In this document: one piece after another, positions 1 through 10,050 of the stretch
How positions within the stretch are numbered: position 1 is the stretch's first letter
Layout of the letters: each line of letters starts with the position of its first letter
DNA from: Candidatus Krumholzibacteriia bacterium
GTDB taxonomy: Bacteria > Krumholzibacteriota > Krumholzibacteriia > JAJRXK01
DNA length: 64,000 nucleotides
NCBI GenBank assembly: GCA_041484665.1
Contig: JBGPIA010000004.1
Location: forward strand, 96,001 to 160,000
Direction: 5' to 3'
Made by a program: the position numbers and the translations under genes
The notes under the pieces: generated by a model
Told to the model about the DNA's origin: nothing
The model's input: the letters and a program-made list of their open reading frames with translations, nothing else
The model's database searches: none

Positions 1-912
1 TTCGTCGTCGCTGACGGCCACGAACCCGTCGGCATTGTCGATCCCCTCGCTGCGCAGCAGCTCCTGGTCGGTTCCGTCGCCCAGGAGCACCAGGGCCTTG
101 TCCAGCTGGTGGCTCGCGCGCTGCGCCGCCTCGGGGTCGCGGTCGATGAGCTTGACGGTGATCCCGTCCTTGCCCAGCCGGGCGGCCAGTGAGATCCCGA
201 TGTGATTGGCGCCCACGATCATCACGAAGTGGACGGGGGGTGCGGGCAAGGACAGATACTGCAGGCCCTCCTCCATCTTGCCGCTGCGGCCCACCACGAA
301 CACCTGGTCGTCCTCGCGCAGCATCTCGTCGCCGCCCGGGATGATGGTCTGCTCGCCACGCTTGATGGCGGCCACCAGGGCCCAGCGCGAGCCGATCTCC
401 TCCTCGATGGCGCGCAGGCTCTTGCCCACCACCGGCGCTCCGGCGCCGACCCGGGCGCCGATGACCTGGACCCGCCCGTCGGCGAACTCGTAGATGTCGG
501 TGGCCGCGCGCTTGAGCAGCAGCTGGCCGATCTCATCCACCGCCTCGAGATCGGGGTTGATCATCTGGTCGATCTCCTCGAACGCGGAGACCCCCTCGCT
601 GTAATAGTCCTCGCTGCGAACCCGTGCGACCTTCACCGGCACGCCCAGGCGATGCGCCGCCAGGCAGGAGAGGATGTTAATCTCGTCCACGTTGGTGACC
701 GCGATCAAGATGTCGGCTTTCTCGACCCCGGCCTCCTGCAGCAGGCGCGCGCTGGCGCCGCTGCCGTGCAGGATCATGACGTCGAGGCTCTTCTGCGCCG
801 CGGCGACGATCCCGTCGTGGGACTCGATCACGGTGACGTCGTGACGCTCCCGGGAGAGGCGGCGCGCCACCAGCGATCCGACCGCCCCCGCTCCCACGAT
901 GATGATCTTCAT
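1..912 (-). CDS. trkA: Trk potassium uptake system NAD-binding protein TrkA (3' end runs off the window)
   Basis: Manual translation from ATG 912: MKIIIVGAGAVGSLVARRLSRERHDVTVIE...ADILIAVTNVDEINILSC...INPD..., then a second RCK Rossmann motif (VMIVGANHIG...GDGTDQELLRSEGIDNADGFVAVSDDE). Absent from the ORF track because there is no stop inside the window. Confidence 0.95.
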   Translation of the reverse strand, partial: MKIIIVGAGAVGSLVARRLSRERHDVTVIESHDGIVAAAQKSLDVMILHGSGASARLLQEAGVEKADILIAVTNVDEINILSCLAAHRLGVPVKVARVRSEDYYSEGVSAFEEIDQMINPDLEAVDEIGQLLLKRAATDIYEFADGRVQVIGARVGAGAPVVGKSLRAIEEEIGSRWALVAAIKRGEQTIIPGGDEMLREDDQVFVVGRSGKMEEGLQYLSLPAPPVHFVMIVGANHIGISLAARLGKDGITVKLIDRDPEAAQRASHQLDKALVLLGDGTDQELLRSEGIDNADGFVAVSDDE

Positions 913-971
913 GGACGACTCGACCTCTGGGACGACGCGACCTCAAGTGGCTCCGGCGGTCCGTGGCGCCC

Positions 972-1759
972 TCAGAGCGCCAGCTGGCTCGCCGCGCGGG
1001 CTGCGCGCTCGCAGTCCTGTGTACTCACGTCCAGGTGGGTTACCATGCGCAGCCGCGTGGGGCCCAGGACGCTGACCAGCACGCCCGCAGCCGCCGCCCG
1101 GCGGCCACCATCTCGGCTGTGCCGGCCAGCGCGGACCCCAGCGGCGCAGCCAGCCCCTTGCTGAAGCAGACCGCGACCGAGTCGGCTGCTTGCGCCCATC
1201 GCCGCGGTGCGATCGCCGTGGCCACCACCGCGTTCCACAGCCGGGCGCCGTCGAAGTGCGGGCGCAGTCCGCGGGGCCGCGCCCCCGCGGCGATCTGGTC
1301 CATCTCCGCCAGCAGCACGATTGCGCAACCGGCTCGGTTGTGGGTGTTCTCCAGGCACACCAGCGCGGGCTGCGCGCAGTGGATGTCATCTTCGTGCAGC
1401 GCCTCCTCGATCTGCGGCCATGCCAGTGCGCCGTGCACACCGGCGACGGGCGTGAGCTGCAGCCCCGACAGCGCGGCCGGAGCGCCCGCCTCGTAACGCA
1501 GCACGTGCGCCTGCGCCACCACGATCACCTGGTTGCCAGGGCGTGCCTGGGCGGCGAAGTCGAGCTGGTTGGCCATGGTGCCGCTGGGCGTGAACAGGGC
1601 GGCCTGCTTGCCCAGCAGGGCCGCGACGCGCGCCTGCAGCGCCTGCACCGTGGGATCGTCCCCCAGGACATCGTCGCCCACTTCGGCTCGGGCAATCGCC
1701 TCGCGCATGGCCGGTCCGGGCCGGGTCACGGTGTCGCTGCGAAGATCGATGGGGATCAT
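972..1759 (-). pseudogene. ltaE: Low-specificity L-threonine aldolase, internally deleted and frameshifted
   Basis: N-terminal part in one frame ([14 protein letters not shown]...PSGTMANQ...ENTHN...DGARLWNA...CFSKGLAAPLGS...RRLR). C-terminal part in another frame (GVLVSVLGPTRLRMVTHLDVS). Junction near 1085-1090; the usual GGGMRQ-containing segment is missing. Confidence 0.85.
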
Positions 1760-1842
1760 GGGCCTGCCGGCTCCATGGAGAAGGCTCCGGGGCGGAGCGG
1801 GCGCCGCCTCCGCCGGGCGGCGCGGCGGCGGGGCAGGGGGGC

Positions 1843-2121
1843 TCAGGGCATCGCGACGCGGTCCTTGAGCATCTTGCTCACCTTGAACACGGGGACCCTG
1901 CGCGCGGGAACCGGGACGGAGTCGCCGGTGCGAGGGTTGCGCGCCATCCGCGACTTGCGCTGCTTGACCTTGAAGGTGCCGAAGCCGCGGATCTCCAGGT
2001 GCTTCCCCGCCGCCAGGGCGTCGCCGATGCTCTTCAGGAAGAGCTCGACCGCCTCGCTCACCTCTTTCTTGGTCAGACCGGTGCGCAGCGCGATGTCCTC
2101 GACGATATCCTGCTTCGTCAT
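1843..2121 (-). CDS. HU/IHF family DNA-binding protein
   Basis: MTKQDIV...[25 protein letters not shown]...VPVFK, the histone-like DNA-binding signature. Confidence 0.95.
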   Translation of the reverse strand: MTKQDIVEDIALRTGLTKKEVSEAVELFLKSIGDALAAGKHLEIRGFGTFKVKQRKSRMARNPRTGDSVPVPARRVPVFKVSKMLKDRVAMP

Positions 2122-2200
2122 GTCGAACCACCTCGGATCCGCTGATGGCCCCGCACGGCCTTCGCCTGGCCGGGGGCGGAGGGCCGGGAGAGTCCTTCTA

Positions 2201-2229
2201 GGGATACGCTGCCACTAACCCCTTGTCAA
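2201..2229 (-). promoter_or_regulatory. Candidate sigma70 promoter for the HU/IHF gene
   Basis: Minus strand TTGACA-N17-TATCCC; perfect -35, weak -10. Confidence 0.5.
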
Positions 2230-2599
2230 CGTCCAGGTTACTGCCGCTGCGGCAGCCTGCATCGCGGCGCGCGCCCGCCGTGCAAAATCACCCTTCCCCG
2301 CGCTTCCTTTCCGCTCCGGAATCCCCAGCACCGCTGGGTGCCGACGACGGAACATGGGCAACCGCCGTAGCCTGGAGCGCGATCCCCCGTCCCGTGTGGA
2401 GCTACCCTGCGTCCTTGGAGCGCTGGTATACCCTTTGCTTTCCCCCAGGGTCGACCTCGGGGGGCTCGCTGGCCGCGCTCTGCGCGGGCCTGCGCTCCTC
2501 CACGGCGCCAATGCACGCACACAGGCCTACACGGCAAAGCCTGCCCCGCTGGACTTGGAACGGGAGGCCCAGCTCGTAGCGCGGAGGGACTACATCATC

Positions 2600-3052
2600 A
2601 TGGCGGACACCAAGCGCGGCTCGATTCTCCTTCTGCTGAACATGCTCTGCATCGTGTTGCTCGCGGTGGCGGGCTGCAGCAAGGATGCAAGCAAGACGAC
2701 TGCCCCGATCGTCGACACGATTCCACCGTCGATCCCAGACGGCATCGCAGCGGCGGTCGGCGACGGCGACCAGGTGGCTCTCACCTGGCAAGCAAACACG
2801 GTCGACAGCGATCTCCAGGGCTACGTCGTATACCGGAGCAACGAGCTCCTGCAGGGCTTCCGGCCCATCACCGCGCAGCCGGTCACCAGCAACTCCTGGG
2901 TGGACATGCACACGCACGCCGGCGAGACCTACTACTACTCCGTCGCCGCGCGGGACGTGTCCCACAACGAGAGCGGACGGTCGGCCACCTTCGAGGTGAG
3001 CATTCCGCCACCGCCCTACGAGAGCACCCCCACCGAGATCCCGACCCCCTGA
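2600..3052 (+). CDS. Lipoprotein with a fibronectin type III-like domain
   Basis: RBS GGAGGG; lipobox VAGC; FN3 pattern (LTWQAN..DLQGYVVYRS...WVD...GETYYYSVAARDVSHNES). Confidence 0.8.
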   Translation: MADTKRGSILLLLNMLCIVLLAVAGCSKDASKTTAPIVDTIPPSIPDGIAAAVGDGDQVALTWQANTVDSDLQGYVVYRSNELLQGFRPITAQPVTSNSWVDMHTHAGETYYYSVAARDVSHNESGRSATFEVSIPPPPYESTPTEIPTP

Positions 3053-3091
3053 CCGCTGCCCGGAGCTCAGCGGCGCGGGTGCCGACCTGGC

Positions 3092-3124
3092 GCAGAAGCC
3101 CCGGGCCAAGCCCGGGGCTTCTGC
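3092..3124 (+). terminator. Perfect 14-bp stem-loop after the FN3 lipoprotein gene
   Basis: GCAGAAGCCCCGGG-CCAAG-CCCGGGGCTTCTGC; no long U tract. Confidence 0.6.
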
Positions 3125-3219
3125 CGTTGCGGCGGCCTGGGGAGGCGGCCGCCCGGTACCCCCGCTCCCAACGCTCCGCCGCGGCTTGCGGGGCCTGGGG
3201 GTGCCCGATCGCTCCCAAT

Positions 3220-3235
3220 TGGTACAAGTTTCGCT
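3220..3235 (+). promoter_or_regulatory. Candidate sigma54 (-24/-12) promoter for the TPR genes
   Basis: TGGTACAAGTTTCGCT: GG-N10-GC spacing, close to TGGCAC-N5-TTGCW, about 70 bp upstream of ATG 3307. Confidence 0.4.
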
Positions 3236-3306
3236 GCTCCGCCCCTGCCGGCGCATAGGGCGCCCAACCATTGCAGGATCCGCCACCGGTCAGACGCCAC
3301 AAGCCT

Positions 3307-6300
3307 ATGGATCGCAATCTGGAGAAAACCCTGCGCAAGATCCAGGCGCTGCGCGCCGCCGGTCAGCAGGACCGCGCGCTCAAGCAGCTCCAGGATCTCG
3401 CCCGCAAGCACCCCGATACCCCGCATTACCAGTACGAGGCGGCCATGGTCGCCTTCGACCTGGGCGACTACGGGGTCGGGCTGACGGCGCTGAAGGGCCT
3501 GCTGCGCGCCGCCCCCGACACCCGCGAGAAGGTGCTCAAGGCCTGCTGCGACCGGTTCAACGCCCAACCGACCCTGCCGCTGGCCGAGTTCTTGGTCGAG
3601 CAGTTGTTGGCCGACCGCAAGCTCCAGGAGGCGCTGTCCGTCGCCCAGGCGCTCGCCCCGCCCGAGCTGGAGGTCTACCGCAAGAAGGCCAGCGTCCGGC
3701 AGCGGTCGCTCTCGACCTCGCCGGATACCCCCAAGGATCTGCTACGGGCGGGCCACCTCACCCAGCTGGTGATCGCCCGCGCCGCCCGCGAGCCGCAGGC
3801 ACTGGCCGAGTCCATCGAGGCGCTGCTCGCCCTCGACCCCACGCTGGCCCCGGTGCTGGGCGAGATCTGCGCGGCCGCGCTGACCGATCACCAGCGGGAG
3901 CCGCGGCTATTGCTGGTGCACGGCCGCTGTCTGCTGCAGTCCGGGCGCGTTGCGTCGGGCACCGAGAAGCTGGTGGAGGCCTGCAGCCTGCAACCGGCCG
4001 AGGCGCCGGGGGCGCTGGCCCTGGCCAGCGCGCAGCAACCATCGGCCGACCAGCGGGCCGTCTGGCTGCGCTGCGTGGGTGACCTGGCGCTGCTGGCGCG
4101 TGACGGGAAGGTCGCGGCTGCGTCGTTCCGCGAGGCCGCGGACGTGGATCCGACGTTGCGGACCACGCTGCTCTCCCGGCTGGAGGCGGCGCCCGAGCCC
4201 GACTCGAAGGAGGGGCTGGCGGAGTTGCTGAAGCTGCGGCTGCGTCTGATGGTGGTGCAGCGGCACTACGGGAGCATTCCCGCCCTCACCGAGCGGATTC
4301 TCAGCGAGGGTCTGGCGCCCCCCGAGGAGCTGCGCGGGCTCATGGGCGAGGGCTCCGCGGGACCCGCGGGACCCGCGGGACCGCAGAAGCGCCCGGCCGA
4401 GCTGGTCATGATCCTGGCCGAGGCGGCGCTGGCCGCGACCGATCTGCGCGCGGTCGCCAACTACCTGGCCGAGATCCCCGACACCGACGACCACTCCCTG
4501 CACCGGCTCCTGCGCAGCCTCGAGAAGGCGCTGCCCCAATGGCCGCAGGACGACCGCCTGGAGCTGCTGGCTCTGCTGGCGATCGTGCAAGCGCGGGTCG
4601 GCGACCGCGAGGAGTCGAACAAGACCTTGGTCGGCATGTGGGGCGACCGCTCGGACAAGCTCGACGTGCTGTTCGCCATCACCGAGCGCTGCCTGGAGCG
4701 CGTCCATCCCACCCCCACGCTGCTCACGTGCTTCTTGCCGCACGCGCTGCGGCAGGGCAAGGAGTCGCTGGTCGCCCGCGCGCTGGACAGCGTGCTGCGC
4801 CACACGCCCGAGAACGTCAAGTGGTTGGTCACCGATCTCATCGAGTACATCGACGGCCACCCCCAGCACGCCGGAAACCTCCTGAAGCTGCTCGACGAAT
4901 GCGACAAGGACCTGGGGGCCGCCCAGCACCTGCGCTATCCCGTGGCCTGCGCGGCGCTCCTGGCCCAGCGATTCGAGCGTGCGATCCCCGAGTTCCAGAT
5001 CCTGCTCATGGCGCGCCCGCAGCTCGCCAGCGAGGTGCTCGAGCGCGTGCGCAAAGCCCTGCGCGAGAATCCGGGCGACCTGCACCTCAACCTCTCGGCC
5101 TACGAGCTGCTGGCCGAGGAGAAGGCCTGGGGCGAGGCGGCGCAGTGTCTGGAGCAGGCCCTGAAGGCCGATCCCACGCGCATCGAGGAGCTCTCGCAGC
5201 GATTCGACCAGCTGCTCGAGCGCGACCCGCAGAGCCTCGAGCTGTGGCGCTGCTACGCCGATGCGCTGTTCGCCGTGGGCCGCTTCGGACAGGTGGCCGC
5301 GGTCTGCGAGCGGGCCAGCGGCCACCTGCAGCCCGACGAGCAGGGTGATTTCCGCCTGCTGCGGGCGCGCATGATGGTCGAGGACGGACACCTCAGCGAG
5401 GCCCTCGACGTCGTCGCCGAGCTCCTGGAGTCGGGCGCCGTCACGCCCGCGCGCTCGGCGGACGTGGTGCGGGCGGTGGTGGCGGCCGACCCCACGAGCG
5501 GCCGGGCGCAACTGCTGCTGGGTGTGGCCAGCGCGGAGGACGGTCTGCTGGATGCGGCCATCGAGGCGCTGGTCGCCGCGGCCCGCGCGGACCGCACGCT
5601 GGTGGGCGCCGTGACGCAGAAGCTCGAGGAGCTCGCGGCGCGACCCGCGGCGCAGCCAGCCCACCTGGTGCAGCTGGCGGGCTTCTACCGCTGGAAGGGC
5701 GCGACCAAGGAAGCGGCGCGCGCCTACGAGCAGGCCCTGCGCCTGGACCGCGAGATGTCCGAGCGGGTGCTACTGGAGCTCTCGCGGGAGCTCGACGATC
5801 CGCACGGCGACCTGGCGCTCACCATGGTCGGCGCTCGCGCTGCGCGCATGGCCGGCCGGGCGGAGCAGGCCTGCACGCTGCTGACGCAGGTCTACAGCCG
5901 CGACACCGGACGCTTCGAGTCGGTACTGGCCGAGCTGCGCAAGACCGCCGACGATTTCCAGGGCGAGATGCTCGCACCGCGCACCATGGCGCGCGTGCTG
6001 CTGGCGCACCGCTCCCAGTCGGCGGCGGCCGAAGTGATCATGGCGCTGGCGGAGAACACGCGCTACCCGCTCCAGGCTCGCCTGGAGACGCTGCAGGAGT
6101 TCCACAAGCGCCTGTCCGGCCACGCGGGGCTGGCCATCTCGCTGGCGCAGCTGTGGAGCGCCGGCGGCAACGTCGAGGAGGCGGTCGAGCTCCTGTGGCT
6201 GGCCGTCGACGGGGAGGAGCTGGATGCCCCGCGCGCGGCGCGTGTCTGCCGCTCGCTGCTGCAGTCCGCGCCGGAGCACGGCGAGCTGCGCCTGATCCTG

Positions 6301-7158
6301 CACGATCTGCTGCTGCGCCAGGGACAGATCGACGAAGCCATGGCGGCACTGCCCGAGGCGGAGGCGCTGAGCGCCGAGCGCAACGCCGAGCTCAGCCGCC
6401 GGTTCGCGACGCACCGCCCGCGCGTGCTGTCCAAGCCAGTGCTGGCGGCGCGCTGGGTGGCGTCGCTGCGCCGACAGGGCAAGCAGGACGAGGCGCTGAC
6501 CACGCTGCGCACGGCGGCGGAGGCAGCCCCGCAGGCGGAGGCCGTGCCGCTGTGGATCGACCTCGCGCGGCTGCTGCAGGAGTCCGGCCGCGCTGACGAG
6601 AGCCGCGCGATCATCGAGCGGCTGGTGGGCAGCGGCCACGACCGGGGTGCGCTCTACCAGACGCTGGAGAGCTGGTCCAGCCAGCGACTCGATCACGAGA
6701 TCGGGGCCGTGCGCGCCCGGCTGCAGCGCCAGCCGCAGTCGATGGACGCGGCCCTCGACCTGGCCGATCTCCTACTGCGCCAGGGGCGTGCCGACGAGGC
6801 CGAGCAGACCCTGCGCGCGGGGGCCGCCGAAGGCGAGCAGCGCCTGCGGCGTGCCTGCCTGCTGGCGCGAGCCTTTGTGGACTGTGGCCACGCAGCGTTC
6901 GCGGAGGCCGTGCTGCGGCCGCTGGCTGGCGTGGCCGACACCGGCAGCCTGTGGGCCGAGGAGATCCAATTCCGCCTCGCCGACTGCGCCGACCGCCTGG
7001 AGCGCCACGGCGAGGCCCACGCGCGCTTCGTGGCCCTGATCGACAGCCCGCGCTTCGGGCTGCGCGCGCGCCAGCGGGCGAAGGAGGCCTACGCGCGCTA
7101 TCTCGACGACGCCGCCGGCGCCTACCGTGCCGTGCTCTCGAAGGTGACGACCCTATGA
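3307..7158 (+). CDS. Large tetratricopeptide-repeat (alpha-solenoid) protein, about 1283 aa
   Basis: Long ORF with GC3-biased codons; repeated TPR-like helices (e.g. EAAQCLEQALKADP, EAARAYEQALRLD, LWRCYADALFAVGRF); no signal peptide or TM helix evident. Confidence 0.8.
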   Translation: MDRNLEKTLRKIQALRAAGQQDRALKQLQDLARKHPDTPHYQYEAAMVAFDLGDYGVGLTALKGLLRAAPDTREKVLKACCDRFNAQPTLPLAEFLVEQLLADRKLQEALSVAQALAPPELEVYRKKASVRQRSLSTSPDTPKDLLRAGHLTQLVIARAAREPQALAESIEALLALDPTLAPVLGEICAAALTDHQREPRLLLVHGRCLLQSGRVASGTEKLVEACSLQPAEAPGALALASAQQPSADQRAVWLRCVGDLALLARDGKVAAASFREAADVDPTLRTTLLSRLEAAPEPDSKEGLAELLKLRLRLMVVQRHYGSIPALTERILSEGLAPPEELRGLMGEGSAGPAGPAGPQKRPAELVMILAEAALAATDLRAVANYLAEIPDTDDHSLHRLLRSLEKALPQWPQDDRLELLALLAIVQARVGDREESNKTLVGMWGDRSDKLDVLFAITERCLERVHPTPTLLTCFLPHALRQGKESLVARALDSVLRHTPENVKWLVTDLIEYIDGHPQHAGNLLKLLDECDKDLGAAQHLRYPVACAALLAQRFERAIPEFQILLMARPQLASEVLERVRKALRENPGDLHLNLSAYELLAEEKAWGEAAQCLEQALKADPTRIEELSQRFDQLLERDPQSLELWRCYADALFAVGRFGQVAAVCERASGHLQPDEQGDFRLLRARMMVEDGHLSEALDVVAELLESGAVTPARSADVVRAVVAADPTSGRAQLLLGVASAEDGLLDAAIEALVAAARADRTLVGAVTQKLEELAARPAAQPAHLVQLAGFYRWKGATKEAARAYEQALRLDREMSERVLLELSRELDDPHGDLALTMVGARAARMAGRAEQACTLLTQVYSRDTGRFESVLAELRKTADDFQGEMLAPRTMARVLLAHRSQSAAAEVIMALAENTRYPLQARLETLQEFHKRLSGHAGLAISLAQLWSAGGNVEEAVELLWLAVDGEELDAPRAARVCRSLLQSAPEHGELRLILHDLLLRQGQIDEAMAALPEAEALSAERNAELSRRFATHRPRVLSKPVLAARWVASLRRQGKQDEALTTLRTAAEAAPQAEAVPLWIDLARLLQESGRADESRAIIERLVGSGHDRGALYQTLESWSSQRLDHEIGAVRARLQRQPQSMDAALDLADLLLRQGRADEAEQTLRAGAAEGEQRLRRACLLARAFVDCGHAAFAEAVLRPLAGVADTGSLWAEEIQFRLADCADRLERHGEAHARFVALIDSPRFGLRARQRAKEAYARYLDDAAGAYRAVLSKVTTL

Positions 7159-7281
7159 CCCCCGCCGTGCGACAGGCGCCTGCAGAGGCGTCCGCCATCC
7201 ATGGCGGGCGGCGCCGCAGCGCCGCAGCGCCGCGCGTCGCTCGCCATCTGCCCGTCCGTCTGAATCCGCAGGAGTGAAGCC

Positions 7282-8880
7282 ATGCAGGACCGTTCCACAA
7301 GTGTCCGACCGCCGACCAGCAAGTCGGTGCCCCGCCCGGCCGAGGGGCGTGCAGGGGGGACGAACGCGGACGAGGCCTCGGTGCTCGTCATGGAGGCACT
7401 CGAGCGTCTGGCCGGAGCCACCGACCAACTCGCCAACCAGGTGATCCAGCGCCTCGACCGCGTGCGCGACGATCTCGTGGAGGGGGGCGGCGAAGCGGAT
7501 CAGAAGCTGCGCGAGCGCATCGATACCATCGTCACGGAGGTCGCCGGGCGCGTCGAGCGGCTGGAGGCACAGGTCGACCGCGGGTTGCAGGAGCTGCGCC
7601 AGCGCCTGGAGGGCGCGCCGCACGGCGGAGATCAGGGCGGGGGCGCCATCCAGGAAGCCGGGCGCCAGGCGGAGCAGACGCTGCGCGCCGCCGCACAGGA
7701 GGTCAGCGAAGGGGCGCGGTCGCGCGACGCCGCGCTGCGCACGGCGCTGGCCGAGGGGCTTGACAACCTCGGCCGCAACGTCGAGCGCATGGGCTCCGCG
7801 GAGCGCGGGCGGCTCGAGGCGCGGCTGGAGTCCGCGCAGGAGCGCTGGGACCGCGCGTTCGCGGAGCTGCGCGGAGCCCTCGAGAGCGCCGCGCAGGAGC
7901 GGGCGCAGACCGCCCACTCCGTCCAGAGCGCCTTGCAGGAGCAGATGCGCACCCTGGCGCAGGGGCTCGAGCTGGCGCGCGGCGCGTGGGAGAAGCGCAT
8001 GGAGGCCCTCGCCAGCACGGTGGAGACGAGCCTGCGCCAGACCGAGTCCGCGCTGCGCGGAGGGATCTCCGAGCAGCAGCGCGTCTGGCAGCAGCGCCTC
8101 GAGGAGTCCGAGCAGCGGCAGGCCCGCCTGCAGCAGGAGGCGCACGAGCGCCTGGCGCGCGCCGAGTCCATCCTCGCGCGCTTCGAGGCGCAGTCGCAGG
8201 AGCGCCTGAAGGACTTCGAGGCGCGCGTCAGCGGCTGGCACGACGGCCAGAGCACGCGCATGGAGCACATCGAGGAGCAGTCGCGGGGCCTGCGAGCCAT
8301 GGGTGAGCGGCTGGAGCGCAGCCACCAGGACATAATGAAATTCCTGGAGGAGGCCCGCACCCACGCCACCGAGCAGCAGCAACGCGCTGAGCGCGAAGAG
8401 GCGCGCCGGGTGAACAACGCGGGCGTGAGCAGTTACCACGCCGGCGACTACGACGCCGCCCTCAAGTTGTTCGAGAAGGCGATCACCCTCGACACCCGCT
8501 TCGCCGAGGCCTTCAACAACCTCGGGCTCTGCTACACCGAGCTCGGGCGGCACGACGAGGCCACCGCCGCGTTCGAGTCGGCCATCGAGCTGGCGCCGGA
8601 GCTGGGCGCGGTCTACAACAATCTCGGCTACTCCCTGTACCTGCAGTCGAACTACAACGCCGCCGTCGAGATGTACAAGGAGGCCGTCGACCGCAGCAAC
8701 AACAGCAGCGCCGCGTACACCAATCTCGGCAACGCCTACCACAAGCTCGGCGAGACCGACAAGGCGGTGGAGGCATGGCGGCGCGCGGTGGAGGTCGACC
8801 CCACCAACGAGCGCGCGGCCGCCTACCTGGAACGGGTCACGGCCGGGGTGACACCGGCTCCGCGGCCGAAGGCAGGCTGA
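7282..8880 (+). CDS. Coiled-coil/apolipoprotein-like helical protein with C-terminal TPRs
   Basis: RBS AGGAG; about 370 aa E/Q/R/A-rich helical region, then about 4 canonical TPRs (AFNNLGLCY, VYNNLGYSLY, AYTNLGNAY). Confidence 0.85.
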   Translation: MQDRSTSVRPPTSKSVPRPAEGRAGGTNADEASVLVMEALERLAGATDQLANQVIQRLDRVRDDLVEGGGEADQKLRERIDTIVTEVAGRVERLEAQVDRGLQELRQRLEGAPHGGDQGGGAIQEAGRQAEQTLRAAAQEVSEGARSRDAALRTALAEGLDNLGRNVERMGSAERGRLEARLESAQERWDRAFAELRGALESAAQERAQTAHSVQSALQEQMRTLAQGLELARGAWEKRMEALASTVETSLRQTESALRGGISEQQRVWQQRLEESEQRQARLQQEAHERLARAESILARFEAQSQERLKDFEARVSGWHDGQSTRMEHIEEQSRGLRAMGERLERSHQDIMKFLEEARTHATEQQQRAEREEARRVNNAGVSSYHAGDYDAALKLFEKAITLDTRFAEAFNNLGLCYTELGRHDEATAAFESAIELAPELGAVYNNLGYSLYLQSNYNAAVEMYKEAVDRSNNSSAAYTNLGNAYHKLGETDKAVEAWRRAVEVDPTNERAAAYLERVTAGVTPAPRPKAG

Positions 8881-10039
8881 GTCCGGGCGGCTTCGTCTGC
8901 CCAGCGGGCGCGGCCGCGCCGCACGCGCCCGTCGCACGCAGGGCGTCCAACACCTCCGCGATGGAGATGCCCTCCATCGTGCCGTCGCGGCTCTGCACCG
9001 CGGCCACCGCGGAGGAGGGCGGCTTCCACACCGATGCCAGGGTGGGCCCGAACAGCGCCACGGTCGCGGTACCCACCGCGCCCGCCACGTGCATGATCCC
9101 CGTGTCGTTGACCAGGGCGAAGTCGGTCTCGGCTAGGGCGGCCGCGACCACCGGCACCGCGGCGTCGCGCAACACGGGCAGCGGCCGGCCCAGCGCCGAG
9201 AGCGTCTGCGCGGTGGCTTGACCATCGGCCGGCCCCTCGATCAGATAGACGCGCGAGCCGGCCTGCTGCAACGCGGCGATGGCGGCCGCGAAGCGCTCCG
9301 GCGGCCAGCGGTTGCGCTCCTTGCCCGCGCCCGGGTGCACGGCCGCGCGTGGCCGCTCCCCCACCGTGCGCAGGAAGGCGTGCGCGAGCTCGCGGGCGGG
9401 TGCGTCGGGCACGATCAACGTCGAGCGGTCCTGCGTGACGATCCCCGCGGCGGCCAACGGCAGCAGCCCGTGATCGATGGCGTGCGCTCCGGCGTCGGCG
9501 CACAGGGGCAGCGTGAGGTTGTAGAGCCAATCGGAGAAGGTCCAGCCGAACGGGCGGCTCTCCCCGCCGATCACCCGGGGCGCCCCGCTGAGCACCGCAA
9601 TCCAGGCCGACGTTCCGCTGAAGCTCACGGTGTTGAGCACCACGGCCAGGTCGGGCGCGAACGCGCGCAACCGCCTCATGAAGCGCAGCGCGGCCCGCGG
9701 GGAGCGCCGGACGGCCACCTTGTCGAACAACAGAATCTCGTCGAGGTAGGGATTGCCGCGCACCACGCCGTCGTTGACCGGGGCGGTGACCAGCAGCGTG
9801 CGAGCGCCGGGGAATGACTGGCGCAACGCACGAAAGGCCGGAACCGCGCAGAGCATGTCCCCCATCTGGTTGTGCTGGCGCACGATCAGGACGCGCCGCG
9901 GCCGCTCGGCCGCGATCTGCGCCAGAGTCAGCTTGGGCCGGCGGATGAACGGACGCAGCAGCGTCTCCAGCGCTCTCTTCAGCCAGCGGTCGCGCCGCCG
10001 ATTGACTCGTCCCACCATTGCGCTCCTTGCCCGCGACAC
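8837..10039 (-). CDS. Glycosyltransferase family 9 (LPS heptosyltransferase-like)
   Basis: QMGDMLCAVP, NPYLDEI, HPGAGK..RWP, NDTGIMHVAGA, ALFGPT motifs. The start could be 10018. Confidence 0.9.
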   Translation of the reverse strand: MSRARSAMVGRVNRRRDRWLKRALETLLRPFIRRPKLTLAQIAAERPRRVLIVRQHNQMGDMLCAVPAFRALRQSFPGARTLLVTAPVNDGVVRGNPYLDEILLFDKVAVRRSPRAALRFMRRLRAFAPDLAVVLNTVSFSGTSAWIAVLSGAPRVIGGESRPFGWTFSDWLYNLTLPLCADAGAHAIDHGLLPLAAAGIVTQDRSTLIVPDAPARELAHAFLRTVGERPRAAVHPGAGKERNRWPPERFAAAIAALQQAGSRVYLIEGPADGQATAQTLSALGRPLPVLRDAAVPVVAAALAETDFALVNDTGIMHVAGAVGTATVALFGPTLASVWKPPSSAVAAVQSRDGTMEGISIAEVLDALRATGACGAAAPAGQTKPPGLSLPSAAEPVSPRP

Positions 10040-10050
10040 GCCGCCGCCGG

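Noticed and set aside
2435..2599. Possible c-di-GMP-I riboswitch in the lipoprotein leader (contains GCAAAGCC)
   Set aside because: It lacks the GGCAAAC...GAAA...GGGAC P2 elements. An Rfam cmscan would be decisive; there is no support by eye.
7155..7277. 40-aa ORF (MTPAVRQ...) coupled to the TPR gene stop
   Set aside because: Low-complexity Ala/Arg sequence with no recognisable motif; it cannot be distinguished from spacer DNA.
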